A stretch of 63,958 nt of DNA, counting the filler, from Chiloscyllium plagiosum (Eukaryota), in assembly GCF_004010195.1 (NCBI RefSeq). It is 4 parts of 2 records of this genome, joined end to end, with 100 filler letters (N's around TTAATTAATTAA, not from the genome) between each part and the next. Parts side by side here need not be neighbours in the genome. Positions count along the whole stretch, not along the records: positions 1 to 23,890 come from NC_057713.1; 3 more parts are not named here. One strand, given 5' to 3'. A program made the translations under genes and the position numbers. The notes under the pieces were generated by a model. It was not told the DNA's origin. It worked only from the letters and a program-made list of their open reading frames with translations, and ran no database searches. How positions within the stretch are numbered: the first letter of the stretch is position 1; each line of letters begins with the position of its first letter. Of this stretch, positions 1-11,950 are shown piece after piece.

Positions 1-232
1 ACCTATCCACTCCACCCTCTCCTCCCTGACCTATCACCTTCATCCCCTCCCCCACTCACCCATTGTACTCTATGCTACTTTCTCCCCACCCCACCCTCCT
101 CTAGCTTATCTCTCCATGCTCCAGGCTCACTGCCTTTATTCCTGATGAAGGGCTTTTGCCTGAAACATCGATTTCGAAGCTCCTTGGATGCTGCCTGAAC
201 TGCTGTGCTCTTCCAGCACCACTAATCCAGAA
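1..232 (+). mobile_element. Penelope-like element 3' tail (pseudo-LTR) with hammerhead-like core
   Basis: Pyrimidine-rich tract, then CTGATGA-A-GGGC-TTTT-GCCT-GAAACATC (142-169), then the ctccttggatgctgcctga...ccagcac tail. The same tail follows Penelope coding sequence at 23563-24505. Confidence 0.75.
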
Positions 233-1160
233 TTTTGAAAGTTCTTGCCTAATACCGTCAAAATTGGCCTTTCTCCAATTTAGAACTTCAATTTTTAGAT
301 CTGGTCTATCCTTTTCCATCATTATTTTAAATCTAATAGAATTCTGGTCACTGCCCCCAAAGTGCTCCCCCACTGACACCTCAGTCACCTGCCCTGCCTT
401 ATTTCCCAAGAGTACGTCAAGCTTTGCACCTTCTCTAGTAGGTACATATACATACTGAATCGTAAAATTTTCTTGTACACACTTAACAAATTTCTCCATC
501 TAAACCCTTAACACTGTGGCAATCCCAGTCTATATTTGGAAAGTTAAAATCTCCTACCATAACCACCCTATTATTCTTACAGATTCTTACAGGGAGATCT
601 CCTTACAAGTTTGTTTCTCAATTTCCCTCTGACTATAGGGGGGTCTATAATACAGTCCCAACAAGATGATCTTCCCTTTCTTATTTCTCAGTTCCACCCA
701 AATAACTTCCCTGGATGTATTTCCAGGAATATCCTCCCTCAGCACAGCTGTAATGCTATCCCTTATCAAAAATGCCTCTCCCCCTCCTCTCTTGCCTCCC
801 TTTCTATTCTTCCTGTAGCATTTGTATCCTGGAACATTAAGCTGCCAGTCCTGCCCATCCCTGAGCCATGTTTCCATAATTGCTATGATATCCCAGTCCC
901 ATGTTCCTAACCATGCCCTGAGTTCATCTGCCTTCCCTGTTAGGCCCCTTGTATTGAAGTAAATACAGTTTAATTTATTAGTCCTACCTTGTCCCTGCCT
1001 GCCATGACTGTTTGACTCACTTCTGTTCTCAGCTGTACCTGTCTCAGACTGATGTCTTTCTTCACTATCTCTCTGGGTCCCAACCCCCCCACCTTACTAG
1101 TTTAAATCCTCCCAAGCAACTCTAGCAAATCTCCCTGCCCGTATATTGGTCCCCTTCTGA
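233..1160 (-). mobile_element. CR1/HER1-type LINE fragment, APE endonuclease region
   Basis: ORFs 587-877 (ETWLRDGQDWQLNVPGY...GGG...YYRPP) and 101-499 (PTREGAKLDVLL...GSDQ) carry APE motifs and are frameshifted relative to each other. Confidence 0.92.
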
Positions 1161-1185
1161 TTTTTACAGCTAAATAAAATAAGAG

Positions 1186-2297
1186 CTCATTGTGTTAGAG
1201 GCACGGTGTTGGCATGGATAAAGGAATGGCTGACAGGAAGAACGCGGGTTGTAGAGATAAAGGGATGGCAGTCAGTGACTAGTGGAGTTCCACAGTAATC
1301 CATATCAGGAGCACAACTATTCGCCTTATATATAAATGATCTGGATGAAGGAACAGAGGGCATTGTTGCTATGTTTGCAGATGACACAAAGATAGGTGGA
1401 GGTGCAAGTAGTGTTGAGGAAGCAGGAAGGCTGCAGAAGGACTTGGACAGGCCAGGAGAATAGGCAAAGAAGTGGCAGTTGGAATATAATGTAGAAAATT
1501 ATGAGATTATGCACTTTGGTAGGAAGGAAAGAGACAGATTATTTTCAAAACAGGGAAAGGCTTCAGAAATCTGAATCACAAAGGTACTTGGGAGTTCTAG
1601 TTCAAGATTCTGATCAGGTTAACATGCAGGTTCAGTTGGAGTTAAGAAAGCAAATGCAATGTTAGCATTCATTTTGAGAGGGCTAGGAGAGAAGAGCAGA
1701 AATGTGCCGCTGAGACTGTATAAGACTCTGGTTGGACTGCATTTAGAATATTGTGAGCATTTTTGGGTCCTTTATCTAAAGAAGGATGTGCTGGCATTGG
1801 AAGGAGTCCAGAGGAGGTTTACAGAAATGATGCTGGGGATGAAGAGCTTTTCACATGAGGAGTGGTTGAAGACTGTAGGTCTATTTTTGATGAAGTTTAG
1901 AAGGATGAGGGGGATCTGATCGAAACTTACAGAATACTGAGAAACCTGGATACAGTGGATGTAGATAAATTGTTTCCACTAGTAAGATACACCAGGACCC
2001 AAGAATACAGCCTCAGAGTGAAGGACGACCCTTTAAAACTGAGATGAAGTTTTTTTCAGCCAGTGGGTGATTAATCTGTGGCGTTCATTGCTGCAGAGGG
2101 TTGTGGACGTCAAGGCATTGAGTGTATTTAAGACAGAAATGGATAGGTTCTTGAGTGGTAAGGGGATCAAGGGTTAAGGAAAGAAGGCAGGAGGATATAG
2201 TTGAAAACCATATCAGCTGTGATTGAATAACAGACCAGACTGGATGGGCTGTTTGGCTTAATTCTGCTACTATGTCTCATGATCTTATAGTCTTATG
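1186..2297 (+). mobile_element. Degraded CR1 LINE, RT to 3' end
   Basis: SGVPQ/FADDTK-like motifs (1281-1390) and LYKTLVGLHLEYCEHFW...LEGVQRRFT, ending in a CR1-type tail with (tcttat)-like repeats. Confidence 0.9.
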
Positions 2298-3420
2298 TGC
2301 CTTCCTTTGTGAATTAAACTTTTTGATGTTTTTGAGTCGACTGACAATCTGAAATTGGTTATCAGTGTTATTCTTAGCATACTCACAGATTATTTAGCAA
2401 ATGCTGTCCACATGTGGAATCACATTTAATATTGGACATGCTTTATGAGTTTTGTGAACACAGGCTTGCTGGATATAATCAGTAACTAGCCTGAATAGCC
2501 AAAGGGACATGATGTTTGGTATAATTCATCAGTCTTTGGGACATTCAGCCTACACACCCAGAATCATAATGGCTCTGAAATTCAAACACCACATTACACA
2601 TTTGTGTGATATGTGGAACATCGCTTTGGCTTTATAACAGCATCCTGTTAGTGATGAACCACCACTGCTGATGCTACTGCATATAGCAACATGAAACAGC
2701 CAGCTTCACCTGTTGCTCAAACTTTTGAGCTATTTAATAGCCTGAGATAGTTTGGCCAGTTTTCAAAATGCAAAGTGGTGCCCTTAGTCTCGTTCCTTGA
2801 GCATCTGTGATACAAAATGAGAAATGAACTGACTGGGGAGCCATTATCTCACAGGTTGGGTTGGATGTTACCTGTTTCAGCATGAAGCTTGCATAGTACA
2901 CAAATTATGATCTTATTATGATCTTCCTTATCAGCCTAATCTTACAACACTCAATCACAGCAATCACAACATATTTATTGACCATTGAAGGTAAGCTTGC
3001 AGTAAATAATAATAGAGAACCTGGCAGATTTCTCAACTAACCCTTCCAGGAAAGGAGCTCATTTGACTCCTCCATTTTAAAAGTGAATTTAAGTGCAGGA
3101 TGGAGCTCATTAAAACGTGTGAGGAAATTATTAGATGCAGCCAGCTGTACTTGTAAAAATTCAAAACACAGTGTTCAACATCACATGAGATTCTGTGTTT
3201 GCTAAATAAATGACAGTGTGCTTAAAATTGCATTGGCAAACAATTTAAAATTGTCAGTCTGGCTCACAGTGTGTGCAGTTACGTGTACTGGAAGCTACAA
3301 TATATGAATATATAGTGCCCTGATCATTCCAGACAGAAAAAAAAATACATATTGTATCTACTTCAATTTAATGAAATAGGCCACAGTCATTCACTGGTTC
3401 ATGTCTCAAGGCAATACATT

Positions 3421-3732
3421 GACACATGGTGGCTCAGTGGTTAGCACTGCTTCACAGCGCCAAAGACGTGGATTCAATTCCCACCTCAGGCGACTGTCAG
3501 TGTGGAGTTTGCACATCCTCCCTGTGTCTGCGTGGGTTTCCTCCGGGTGCTCCGGTTTCTTCCCACAGTCCAAAGATGTGCAGATTAGGTGAATTGGCCA
3601 TGTTAAATTGCCCGTAGTGTTAGGTGCATTAGTCAGCAGTAAATGTAGGGTGTGAGTTGCTCTTCGGAGGGTTGGTGTGGACTTGTTGGGCCGAAGGGCC
3701 TGTTCCCACACTGTAGGGAATCTAATCTAATC
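3421..3732 (+). mobile_element. HE1-type (V-SINE) tRNA-derived SINE
   Basis: A box tggctcagtggt, B box-like gattcaattcc, V-domain gtgtggagtttgcac...tcccacagtccaaag and a (taatc)n tail. Confidence 0.92.
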
Positions 3733-3895
3733 ATAACAGTCAACCTACTTGCCTGAAATTTTAACATGAAGAGTCAATCATTTCCTAACTGGTGCATTCT
3801 CTATGGTAACCTGCCAATCAAAGTCCAACTGTCAACCAATCGTCACTTCCCACACAGAATAAAATGTAATTCCCTCTTTACATTGATATTCTTGC

Positions 3896-4205
3896 GGTGG
3901 CTCAGTGTTTAGCACTGCTGCCTCACAGTGCCAGGGACCCAGGTTCAATTCCTAACTCGGGCAACTGTCTGTGTGGAGTTTGTACATTCTCCCTGTGTCT
4001 GTGTGGGTTTCCTCCGGGTGCTCCGGTTTCCTCCCACAGTCCAAAGATGAGCAGGTTAGCTGAATTGGCCATGCTAAATTGCCCATAGTGTTAGGTGCAT
4101 TAGTCAGGAGTCTGGGTGGGTTGTCCTTCGGAGGGTTGGTGTGGACTTGTTGTGTCGAAGGGCCTGTTTCTGCACTGTGGGGATCTAATCTAATCTAATC
4201 TAATC
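3896..4205 (+). mobile_element. HE1-type SINE with 8-bp TSD
   Basis: Same family with a (taatc)n tail. TSD attcttgc at 3888-3895 and 4206-4213. Confidence 0.92.
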
Positions 4206-4558
4206 ATTCTTGCAAATGTTCTGAAGAATGTAAGAGAAGCATAGACAGCCCGTGTTTTCAGCAAGTTCTATACTTTAAATTACTTTTTTAAGTCCTGGGA
4301 TATAGGCCTTCAGTTACTGGAGGTTTGTTAGATTGTAATCTTACAGGTTTCTCAAGGCAGAAATTCAATTGCACAAGCAACGTAAACACCATATCACACA
4401 GTGAATGTTTCATCTTCTGGTAAGACAAAGCTGCACTTCACACTCTCATGAATGCAGTAGCAGATGTACAGTACTGAATTCAGTAGGTTAGCCTCTCATC
4501 TTGCAACCTCCAGAAATATAAGATCCAATACTCTCTTGTATTTATCACAACCTATGAA

Positions 4559-6475
4559 ATGTCAGCTTATGATTGCTATCTGATGTTCTAGTCTCTGAGC
4601 CACATGATGAACAGAAATATGAGGTGGATACTTGGAAATGGTTTACGTGGTTTCCAAAGAGAAAACAATACACAGCCTAGGTCTGGTTGCTTCCCACAAG
4701 AAGGAAACTGCGAAGTAATTAATTTTGTGAAATGAATGTCCAAAACTTGGATAACAATGAAGGTATTAGCATACATGAGTAAAAACCATCAAGAAATTTT
4801 TCTGTTAAAAAACTTAGAGACATTGTCAGAATTCAATTGATTTCAGAAAACAAATGGTCATTTCATGAAAAAAAGTCATGGTCTTTAGTATCACATGTAT
4901 AAGATTGACAAGTTTCAATTTGGTGATTCCTGGATCGGTGTGAGCACTTAAATTACTGCAGAGGTGCAGAGGTGCAGATTATGCAGAGGTGTTTAACATA
5001 GTCAAACCATTGTTTCAAACTGGTGTTTGGTTCATGGCGAAGGTAACCTCCAACTGTCTGCTGCCTTCAAATTTATCCTGAGAAAACATTATTTCCTTCC
5101 ACTTTAAAAGAACAAATGAGACATTCTGCAGTGAGATAAAGAACAGAAAACTTGGAGATTGCCGGATCTCAGAAGACTCCAGATACAAGACCCAGGATTC
5201 AATACAACAGAAAGATTTAAAATAGGCAGAATGAGGCTGAAAATAACATTATCAAATCTCACTATCACAGCATAAGACAATATGAAGCAGCAAGAATATC
5301 TGAATGAATCCCAAGAATTCTCAAGGAACAGTTGGTTGTGCTTCAAGTCTGACTTTAAATATAATTTTGCAACAAAGGCGCAGGTCTTCTAAATGACATA
5401 TGATGATGAGAATTCTCAGGAAAAGGATGAAGGTAGCGTTGAATCCAAACATTATACTGGTCGTAGCCCTGTGAAGAACTGTAGAATGCTAGATGGTACT
5501 TCAACTATATTGAGAAAGTGGTTAAATATTAACTTGATTCATTAATTAATAATGAGGTGATGTGAGCTTAAGGAATATGAAAGTGTCACTTGCTTTATAG
5601 TTGTTGATGACACTTACATTGTGGCCTCTAAAGAGAGTTTCAATTCATGTAAAATTACTGTAGTAAATACTTTATAGGTACTAAAGTATTCTCTCGTGAC
5701 ACACCATACTACTGAGAAAAATAAGAGTGAATCTTGACAAAGCATGATAAAGTTAAAAATCACACAATACCAGGTTATAGTCCAACAGGTTTATTTGGAA
5801 GCACTAGCTTTCGGAGTGCTGTCTCAAAAGCCAGTGCTTCCAATTAAACCTGTTGGACTATAACTTGGTGTTGTTTGATTTTTAACTTTGTACACCCCAG
5901 TCCAACACCGGCACCTCCCAATCAAAGCATGATAAAGCAATTATTTTTGGAGCATTGGTTAATGTGCAGTTTATCCAGTAAGCTATTATTATAGTTCTTA
6001 ACATAACCTGACATTCCCACCTCGTGTTAGACTAGCATTAATGGCATCAGGTTATTAAGAGAAAAATATAATTTGTCTTAAAGTTGCATAGACAAATTAC
6101 AGGTCAAAAGTTATAGATCTTGCTAAAAGATGCAGGCAATGGTTGACAAAGAAGAAATTCATAATCATTACAAAAAACTGAAAAAAATCTTGAAAGGACA
6201 TAACCACATTTATTGTAAGCTTTCTCTTGGCATGTGACTTTAACAATGGAGTATTTATGAATCTTAAGGTATGGGACAAAGGCAAAAATACTTTCATTCC
6301 AGGTTTAATAGACCTAGTGACCAATTTTAATTTCTCTTCAACAATGCATAATAAGGATAAAAAAAGTTAATGCAGGTAAAATCATGAAGGAATCGAAAGG
6401 GACTGGATGTGTGAGACCAGCAAAGTTTCTAACTAATAGTGGAAGGGAATTTGCCAATGATGAGTATAGAAAAGT
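4559..6475 (+). mobile_element. Decayed GalEa-like Ty1/copia LTR retrotransposon (gag-PR-IN)
   Basis: Manual translation gives gag EPHDEQKYEVDTW...PKRKQ, protease NCRMLDG-TST..KWL (5477), KLHRQ...LLKDAG, and integrase DFNNGVFMNLKVWDK (6236) ... KFLTNSGREFANDEYRK (6423). Integrase directly follows protease, the copia order. Many stops and frameshifts. Confidence 0.8.
5753..5922. mobile_element. Short fold-back Penelope-derived element
   Basis: Inverted arms ttaaaaatcacac...ccaggttatagtccaacagg and its reverse complement. Exact 15-bp TSD caaagcatgataaag at 5738-5752 and 5923-5937. Interrupts the copia element. Confidence 0.85.
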
Positions 6476-6639
6476 AATAAAACGTTGGACAGTACCATGA
6501 AGTCTGATCATTTTTAAAAAGCTATTTGAATTTCTATCATGCACAAGCAAGAACTTCCTACTTCCCAATGTCCTCATCCTCCTCTGCCTCAGAAAACTGC
6601 TCGCAATTCCCACAATTCCTCAGCATTCAGCATATTGCC

Positions 6640-6860
6640 TCATTTGCTGCTGCAATTGTGCAGAGCACAGTACACCAGGGTGATGTGGTGAACTCTGTCC
6701 AGACTCTCCTAGAGATGGCCCTCCAGATGGGTCCAAGTAGTGGAATCACATCTTTAGGAGGTGCATTGTCTGCTCTGGATGCATGCTTACCAACTTGGTG
6801 AAGGGACTGCACTGGCTGAGCGCCAACTCAAAGGGAGTACATTCTGCTCTCTGACCCCAC
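6640..6860 (-). mobile_element. PIF/Harbinger transposase C-terminal remnant
   Basis: Minus-strand EQTMHLLKM*FHYLDPSGG and (frameshifted) DRVHHITLVYCALHN, matching the HARBI1-like IE..IG.LK.RFRCLD.SGG...CCALHN motif. Confidence 0.8.
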
Positions 6861-7664
6861 CTTCCCATTCCAGACCCTCATCAATGCATTTAGTAGAGTC
6901 CCTTGTCAACTGACATTACATATGATGACGTGATGTTTCCTTTCCTCGAAAGTATCTTTGCAAATTTCACAAGCTTTGGGAACACTATTGGCCAGCACAT
7001 GTATCATTTTAAATCATCACCGCTAACTTCTGCATCACTGAGTACCAAGATTAGATTGCAAGCACCAATGGCCTGGTGCAAACTGCCTTTGACCAGCATT
7101 TGAATTGAAAACAGGATCACTCTGCATGTTTTGAAAACGGGTGTAGAAATGTTTGCAAATTAAATGTAGCTGGAGTTTGGAAGCGCATGTTTCAAGTTTT
7201 TGCCATTTTTGCTTCCTAGCATTCAGCTGATATGGATCTCATGCATTCACCCATCAAACTGACATTCGCTCCACTTACTCTGGGCACTTTCCCAGCCATT
7301 TTCCAATTGCATTCTCATCTAAAGAACAGCACGTGACAGCAGGGAATGCAGCTGACCATTGATACTGTCAGCATCGGACTCTGGCTAGTACCCATTCAGA
7401 GGCTCCATGTCCCCTGAAACCACGCACTACCCCAACACTCCATTTCCACTCATCACCTTCTCCTCCAATTGCCTTCCCTGCCTACTGAGTCCCAGTTTTA
7501 CACCTTAATGATACTGATCCTCCCTATTATACACTCCTCCCATGGCCTACTGTTCTGATACTGTTCCATTTACCATGTAGAGACCTTGAGACTCCTGTTT
7601 ATCGTCATGTCTCACCCCCCAACACCCCAATGTCTCTGCTTTACTCTTCTCGAATGACGTGATT

Positions 7665-8390
7665 TATGATTTATTGTCACTTGCACTTTACACTGAGTAA
7701 TACAGTAAAACACAGTGAAAATGTCAACATTCATTACAAACTATTTTGAATAGTTTAAGAATAAAAATAATAAAAGATATAACTGAAAGAGAGTTCTGAG
7801 CCCTGAGATGACTCACCAATGACACCTGCACTTTCATCCCTTTCCCACTGCCTTTCCACTGCCTGCAGCAAACCCCTGATATAGGAGGGGGCACTCTTTA
7901 GGCACCATTTCTTCGCCACTGGGCCCACCTCATTGAAGCTAATGTCGGTGCCGGGTTCCATGCTGAACCCACACTAACCCCACAGCCAGGAGTCCCAGCT
8001 CTGCTGTTGCCTTAATGACACCAGGCTCCAGTCATACCATGCTATTGCTGTTGTCACTGATTCACCCGGTCCAGCTGCCCTCCTCCAAGGTCTCTTCACC
8101 TTGAAAGGTCCACTGCTGCCTCTGATAGCTGGAGGAGCTTTGCCCCCATTGCTATTGCTATGGTTGGACCCAATTGCGAGGAAGATGTCCCCGTTGCCAA
8201 TGCCATTGTCTTCAATTGCTGAGAGGAGCTGTATCTGCCGACACCTCCAACCACCGGGAGGAGTCACCATTTCATGCATGGCCTGCTCTAGCTGCCAAAA
8301 GAAAAGCAAAAGTAAAAATGAAAGAAAAATGCAGAAGTAAAAAGAAATCCTTGATTTCCACTCCCATTTTGGCCATAATCCCCCTGCTTC
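7665..8390 (-). mobile_element. Probable non-autonomous LINE-derived element (Rex1/Babar-like tail)
   Basis: Minus-strand 3' end ttttcactgtg...gtgacaataa. The body resembles 24510-25105 and 48500-48722 in composition and layout; those two start aagatggc on the minus strand. Confidence 0.4.
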
Positions 8391-9289
8391 CCGTATAGTG
8401 CTCACTTGCATCCTCATCAATGATCAACATACACACCTCAGCACTGTATCTGTCTTACACCTCTAACACCTTGACCAGTGGCCCCTCAATCTAACTGACC
8501 AGACCCCGACTGCTGTGTTTGCAGTTCCCCAACTAATGATGGTGCGCGATTCCCCTGACAGCTTGTGACAGTCCCAAATGACTGCTGTCTTCCCATTCCC
8601 TGGACTGTAGTTGGGCATATCCTCTGACCTTGACCAGCTCAAGATGACAACCAATCATGGCCAATCCCCTGGACTTTTTGCGAACTGCACTCAAGGCTAG
8701 GTTCTGGGATGACTGCCTGACAGTAGGTCCCCCTTGACAGGTGTGACGACTGGCCCCCATCCACTTTCTGACATGGCAATTTGTCTGAATAAACACACAG
8801 TGTGTTTGCCGTGCAGGCAGCTGCCTCATGCTGTTGGGTCTCAGTGTGCTGTCCAGAAAAAAGCAAGTACTCCTTGCAGCTCATGTTTCAATTTCATAAA
8901 CATCTTGCGAGCAAATCAGAGAGGTACCATGTGGATTGTGAGGAGTTGGCAAATCTCAGATGCCAATCTCTGTGGACAAAGGGTGCATGCAGCCGGTGCC
9001 CATGGATTGTGCTGGATCACAGAGCTGACAATAATTGTGAAGGGGTGTGATTCAACATATAAGTGTAGGAGACAATAAAGCACTGACGGGAAGGTTTACT
9101 GCAGGAGGAGGAATCATCAATGGTCACCGCCATCCTGGATGACAGTTGGCAATAATTTAGCTGTAGGCCTAAGTCTTGGGGGGTAAAGTGGGGAAATGAA
9201 TAATTAGTTGTAAAAGTTAGGTGGGAACGTGTGGAAGCTCAGAATTGATGGGTGAAGGAATGTATGGAAGAAAGCAATATAATGGTTTA

Positions 9290-9670
9290 GGAGTTCATCA
9301 AGATTAACCAGTGGAACCTGTGATTCCCTTTGTTACTCATTGTGTGGCTAATCCATTCTCATCTGAACTGCAAATACATGAAGTCAGTGAACAATAGCTG
9401 CCAACACTACTGGAATGGGTGGTCTAAATGCTTTTTCTGCCAGAGGAAGCAAGCGATGTGAATGATGTGAGTCCCTTAATGCATTAAGCAGGTACTTACA
9501 GCTTACAGGTAAAAGACATCTGTAATCACAGAATTCTGCACGTGAATAGACACAGTGACTGACAACTGAATACGAATTCTGGCCACAAGCAATCCTGGCC
9601 ATGTCATTGGTCATTATATTGACCATAGTGTTATTTGTGAAGCAGAAGCAATCACAGGCAACCTTAAAAG
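9290..9670 (-). mobile_element. Harbinger transposase remnant (N-terminal to central)
   Basis: IPVVLAAIVH*LHV resembles FPQVQGAIDCTHV, followed by an NRKGFHSLN-like segment. The similarity appears to continue at 10096-10230 beyond the Penelope insertion. Confidence 0.5.
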
Positions 9671-9671
9671 T

Positions 9672-10083
9672 CATGATTTGGAGATACCGGTGTTGGACTG
9701 GGGTGTACAGAGTTAAAAATCACACAACACCAGGTTATAGTCCAACAGGTTTAATTGGAAGCACGTTAGCTTTCAGAGCACCGCTCCTTCATCAGGTGGC
9801 ACCAATTGTTACAGTTAACCTGAGAATGTAACTTTTAAAAAAAAGTTTTGTGACAAACACATGAAAGAAGTGAAACTATGGTATTCAAACAGATGCAAAG
9901 CACAACAGACAATCAAGGTATTTTTCAATGTATAATTTCAGTTACATCACACTGTAAACTTTTGCTATAAATTCTGTGCCTTACAATTGTGTCCTCCATA
10001 ACCACCCAATGGAGTGGTGCTCTGAAAGCTAGGGTGCTTCCAATTAAACTTGTTGAACTATAACCTGGTGTTGTGTGATTTTT
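9672..10083. mobile_element. Penelope-derived element with inverted pseudo-LTRs
   Basis: Inverted arms at about 9712-9800 and 10005-10086. Minus-strand CTGATGA-A-GGAGC-GGT-GCTCT-GAAAGCTA near 9767-9797. TSD aaccttaaaagt (9660-9671) / aaccttgaaagt (10084-10095). Confidence 0.8.
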
Positions 10084-10239
10084 AACCTTGAAAGTGTTAC
10101 CCACAGGATACAATATACAATGACAACCGAAGGTCTCATTGACTGCATAAAGATGCAAAGCTGAATTCCTCTCACCTTGAACTGGAAGTATTTGTGGTAT
10201 GCTCTGAGGTGCAATGTTGCCTTTTTTAGGCACTGGGAT

Positions 10240-10530
10240 AGGTACAAGGTTTCAGCAGTCCTACTGGAACTCCAATCTCCTGTATTGATACAAGGAAGGC
10301 CTTGCAGTACACTCCGGACAGAAGGTGCCACATAATCTCTGCAGCAGCATTCAATACAGATGGAGCAACGAGGGTATGTGATGGATGCTGAAGAGCTGGG
10401 TGAGAAACAACAATCTTCTGAAGGGGGGAAGATGAGGACACTGAACAGGAGGAACACTGCCTTCAGCATGATACAGCATTGCAGTATCGGCCACAACAAG
10501 GAAAACAGACCGTATGACACCCATTTCCAA
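10240..10530 (+). mobile_element. Harbinger transposase C-terminal remnant
   Basis: ALQYTPDRRCHIISAAAFN...EQRG resembles GALQYSPERV..IV..CCALHN, followed by an acidic tail. Confidence 0.6.
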
Positions 10531-10544
10531 CTGATCTGAGTTTC

Positions 10545-10890
10545 TTTATTTATTCATGGGATGTGGATATCACTGGCTTTTATTACCCATCCCTAATTTT
10601 CCTGGGGGGAGTTGAGTGAATGATATTTTGGTGAGTCTGGAGTTACATGTTGACCAGACAAATTAAGGATGAAATATTCTCCACAAAAGGATATTAGTGA
10701 ACCAGATGGGTTTTCCTGCTATTTGGCAATGGTTTCATGATCATCATTAAACTCTTATTTCTAGATATTATTGCATTCAAATTCCATCATTTGCCATGGC
10801 AGGATTCAAACCCAGATCCCCAGACACTACCTGGATTAATAGTCTCTGGATTAACAGTCTAAATATAATACCACTAAGCCACCATCTATC
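10545..10890 (-). mobile_element. tRNA-derived SINE sharing its 3' tail with the LINE at 35670-36295
   Basis: Reverse-complement homolog of 51318-51651 (cccatctggttcactaat..., tail ccacatcccatgaataaataaa). Confidence 0.75.
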
Positions 10891-11069
10891 CTAATTAGGT
10901 GCAGTGATCATTCATTGGCTGTAAATTTGTTGCTGTTAGGAAGGTAAGTAACCCCTGTTTGGTCCCAGGAGCAAATGCAGCTTTCTTGTTTGTTGTTTAT
11001 TCACTTTTCTTCTTGTTTAATGAGAGCTAATGTTAACAACAGTTTGAAGGCTTCACGATATGTGATGGT

Positions 11070-11290
11070 CCCACATCCAACAATTATACGACTTTTTAGC
11101 AGTGCTGGACATTAGGAAGACTGTGGCACTCCTTTGGATAGAGTTCGAACATAGGGTGGTGTGAAGGATGGGTTCCCTCTATGGCTTCATGTTTATAGTT
11201 GCTGTAACAATGACAGTCAGTCAGGCAGGTGATGATATAAAGTGAAAACATATTGACAAATGTAATAACCAATTTTGAATGAGGTGTCAC
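11070..11290 (-). mobile_element. Harbinger transposase remnant
   Basis: ORF 11096-11290 contains AIEGTH...PKECHSLPNVQ, resembling GAIDCTH...RKGFHSLNVQ. Confidence 0.55.
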
Positions 11291-11744
11291 CCATGCACCC
11301 TATGTGCCCTCAGAAGCTTTTTTCATTTTCTTCCCACTGCATCTACTGTGAAGGGCTATCCCTGGTTGGTAGAGTTTTGACCTGATGCACAATTAATCTT
11401 TAAATATGGCACTGGTGGCATGAATACTGGAAGTTCCTGGCAACAGTGAGTACATGATAGTGCCACAGAGCCACGGTGAATATTCCAGGTGAACAGCAAA
11501 TAATTATGTGACGTAATTCTCTAGAGTTTCATTAAAAAGTGCCTCTATGAAACTCCCCCAAAGTTCTTTGAAAAAATTCAGCCCTGTGTTTTTGGATGAG
11601 GAGGTACATATTTGTCATGTGCACCTCTGCAAATAAATAAATGCTTTCAAATGTGTGTAAAGAATGGTTGTAGTTCTATCCTTCATTATTTAGATATCTA
11701 GAATTTTGCATAATACTTTCCTTTGATCAATATAAGGTAAGTAT

Positions 11745-11950
11745 GCCAACAACTCATATTTATATAATATGGGAAAATATCCCAAGGCACTTCACATAAT
11801 AAAAAACAAAATAGTGCTATAGAAGTGATATTAGGATGAATGACAAAACGTTTGGTCAAAGCGGTAGGTTTTACAGAAAGCCTTAAAGGAGGAGAAGTTG
11901 TTCGATGAAAATTCCGCAGGACAGAATTCGAGATTTCATGCCTAAATAAA
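11745..11950 (-). mobile_element. Old L2-type LINE 3' end
   Basis: aactcatatttatata...cccaaggcacttcaca...tttggtcaaagcggtaggtttt, the reverse complement of an L2-like tail. Confidence 0.5.

Noticed and set aside
3401..4088. Repeated small ORFs of the MVAQWLALL...CP type and tRNA-like A/B boxes
   Set aside because: They are translations of HE1 SINEs. The heads are tRNA-derived but do not form complete tRNA genes.
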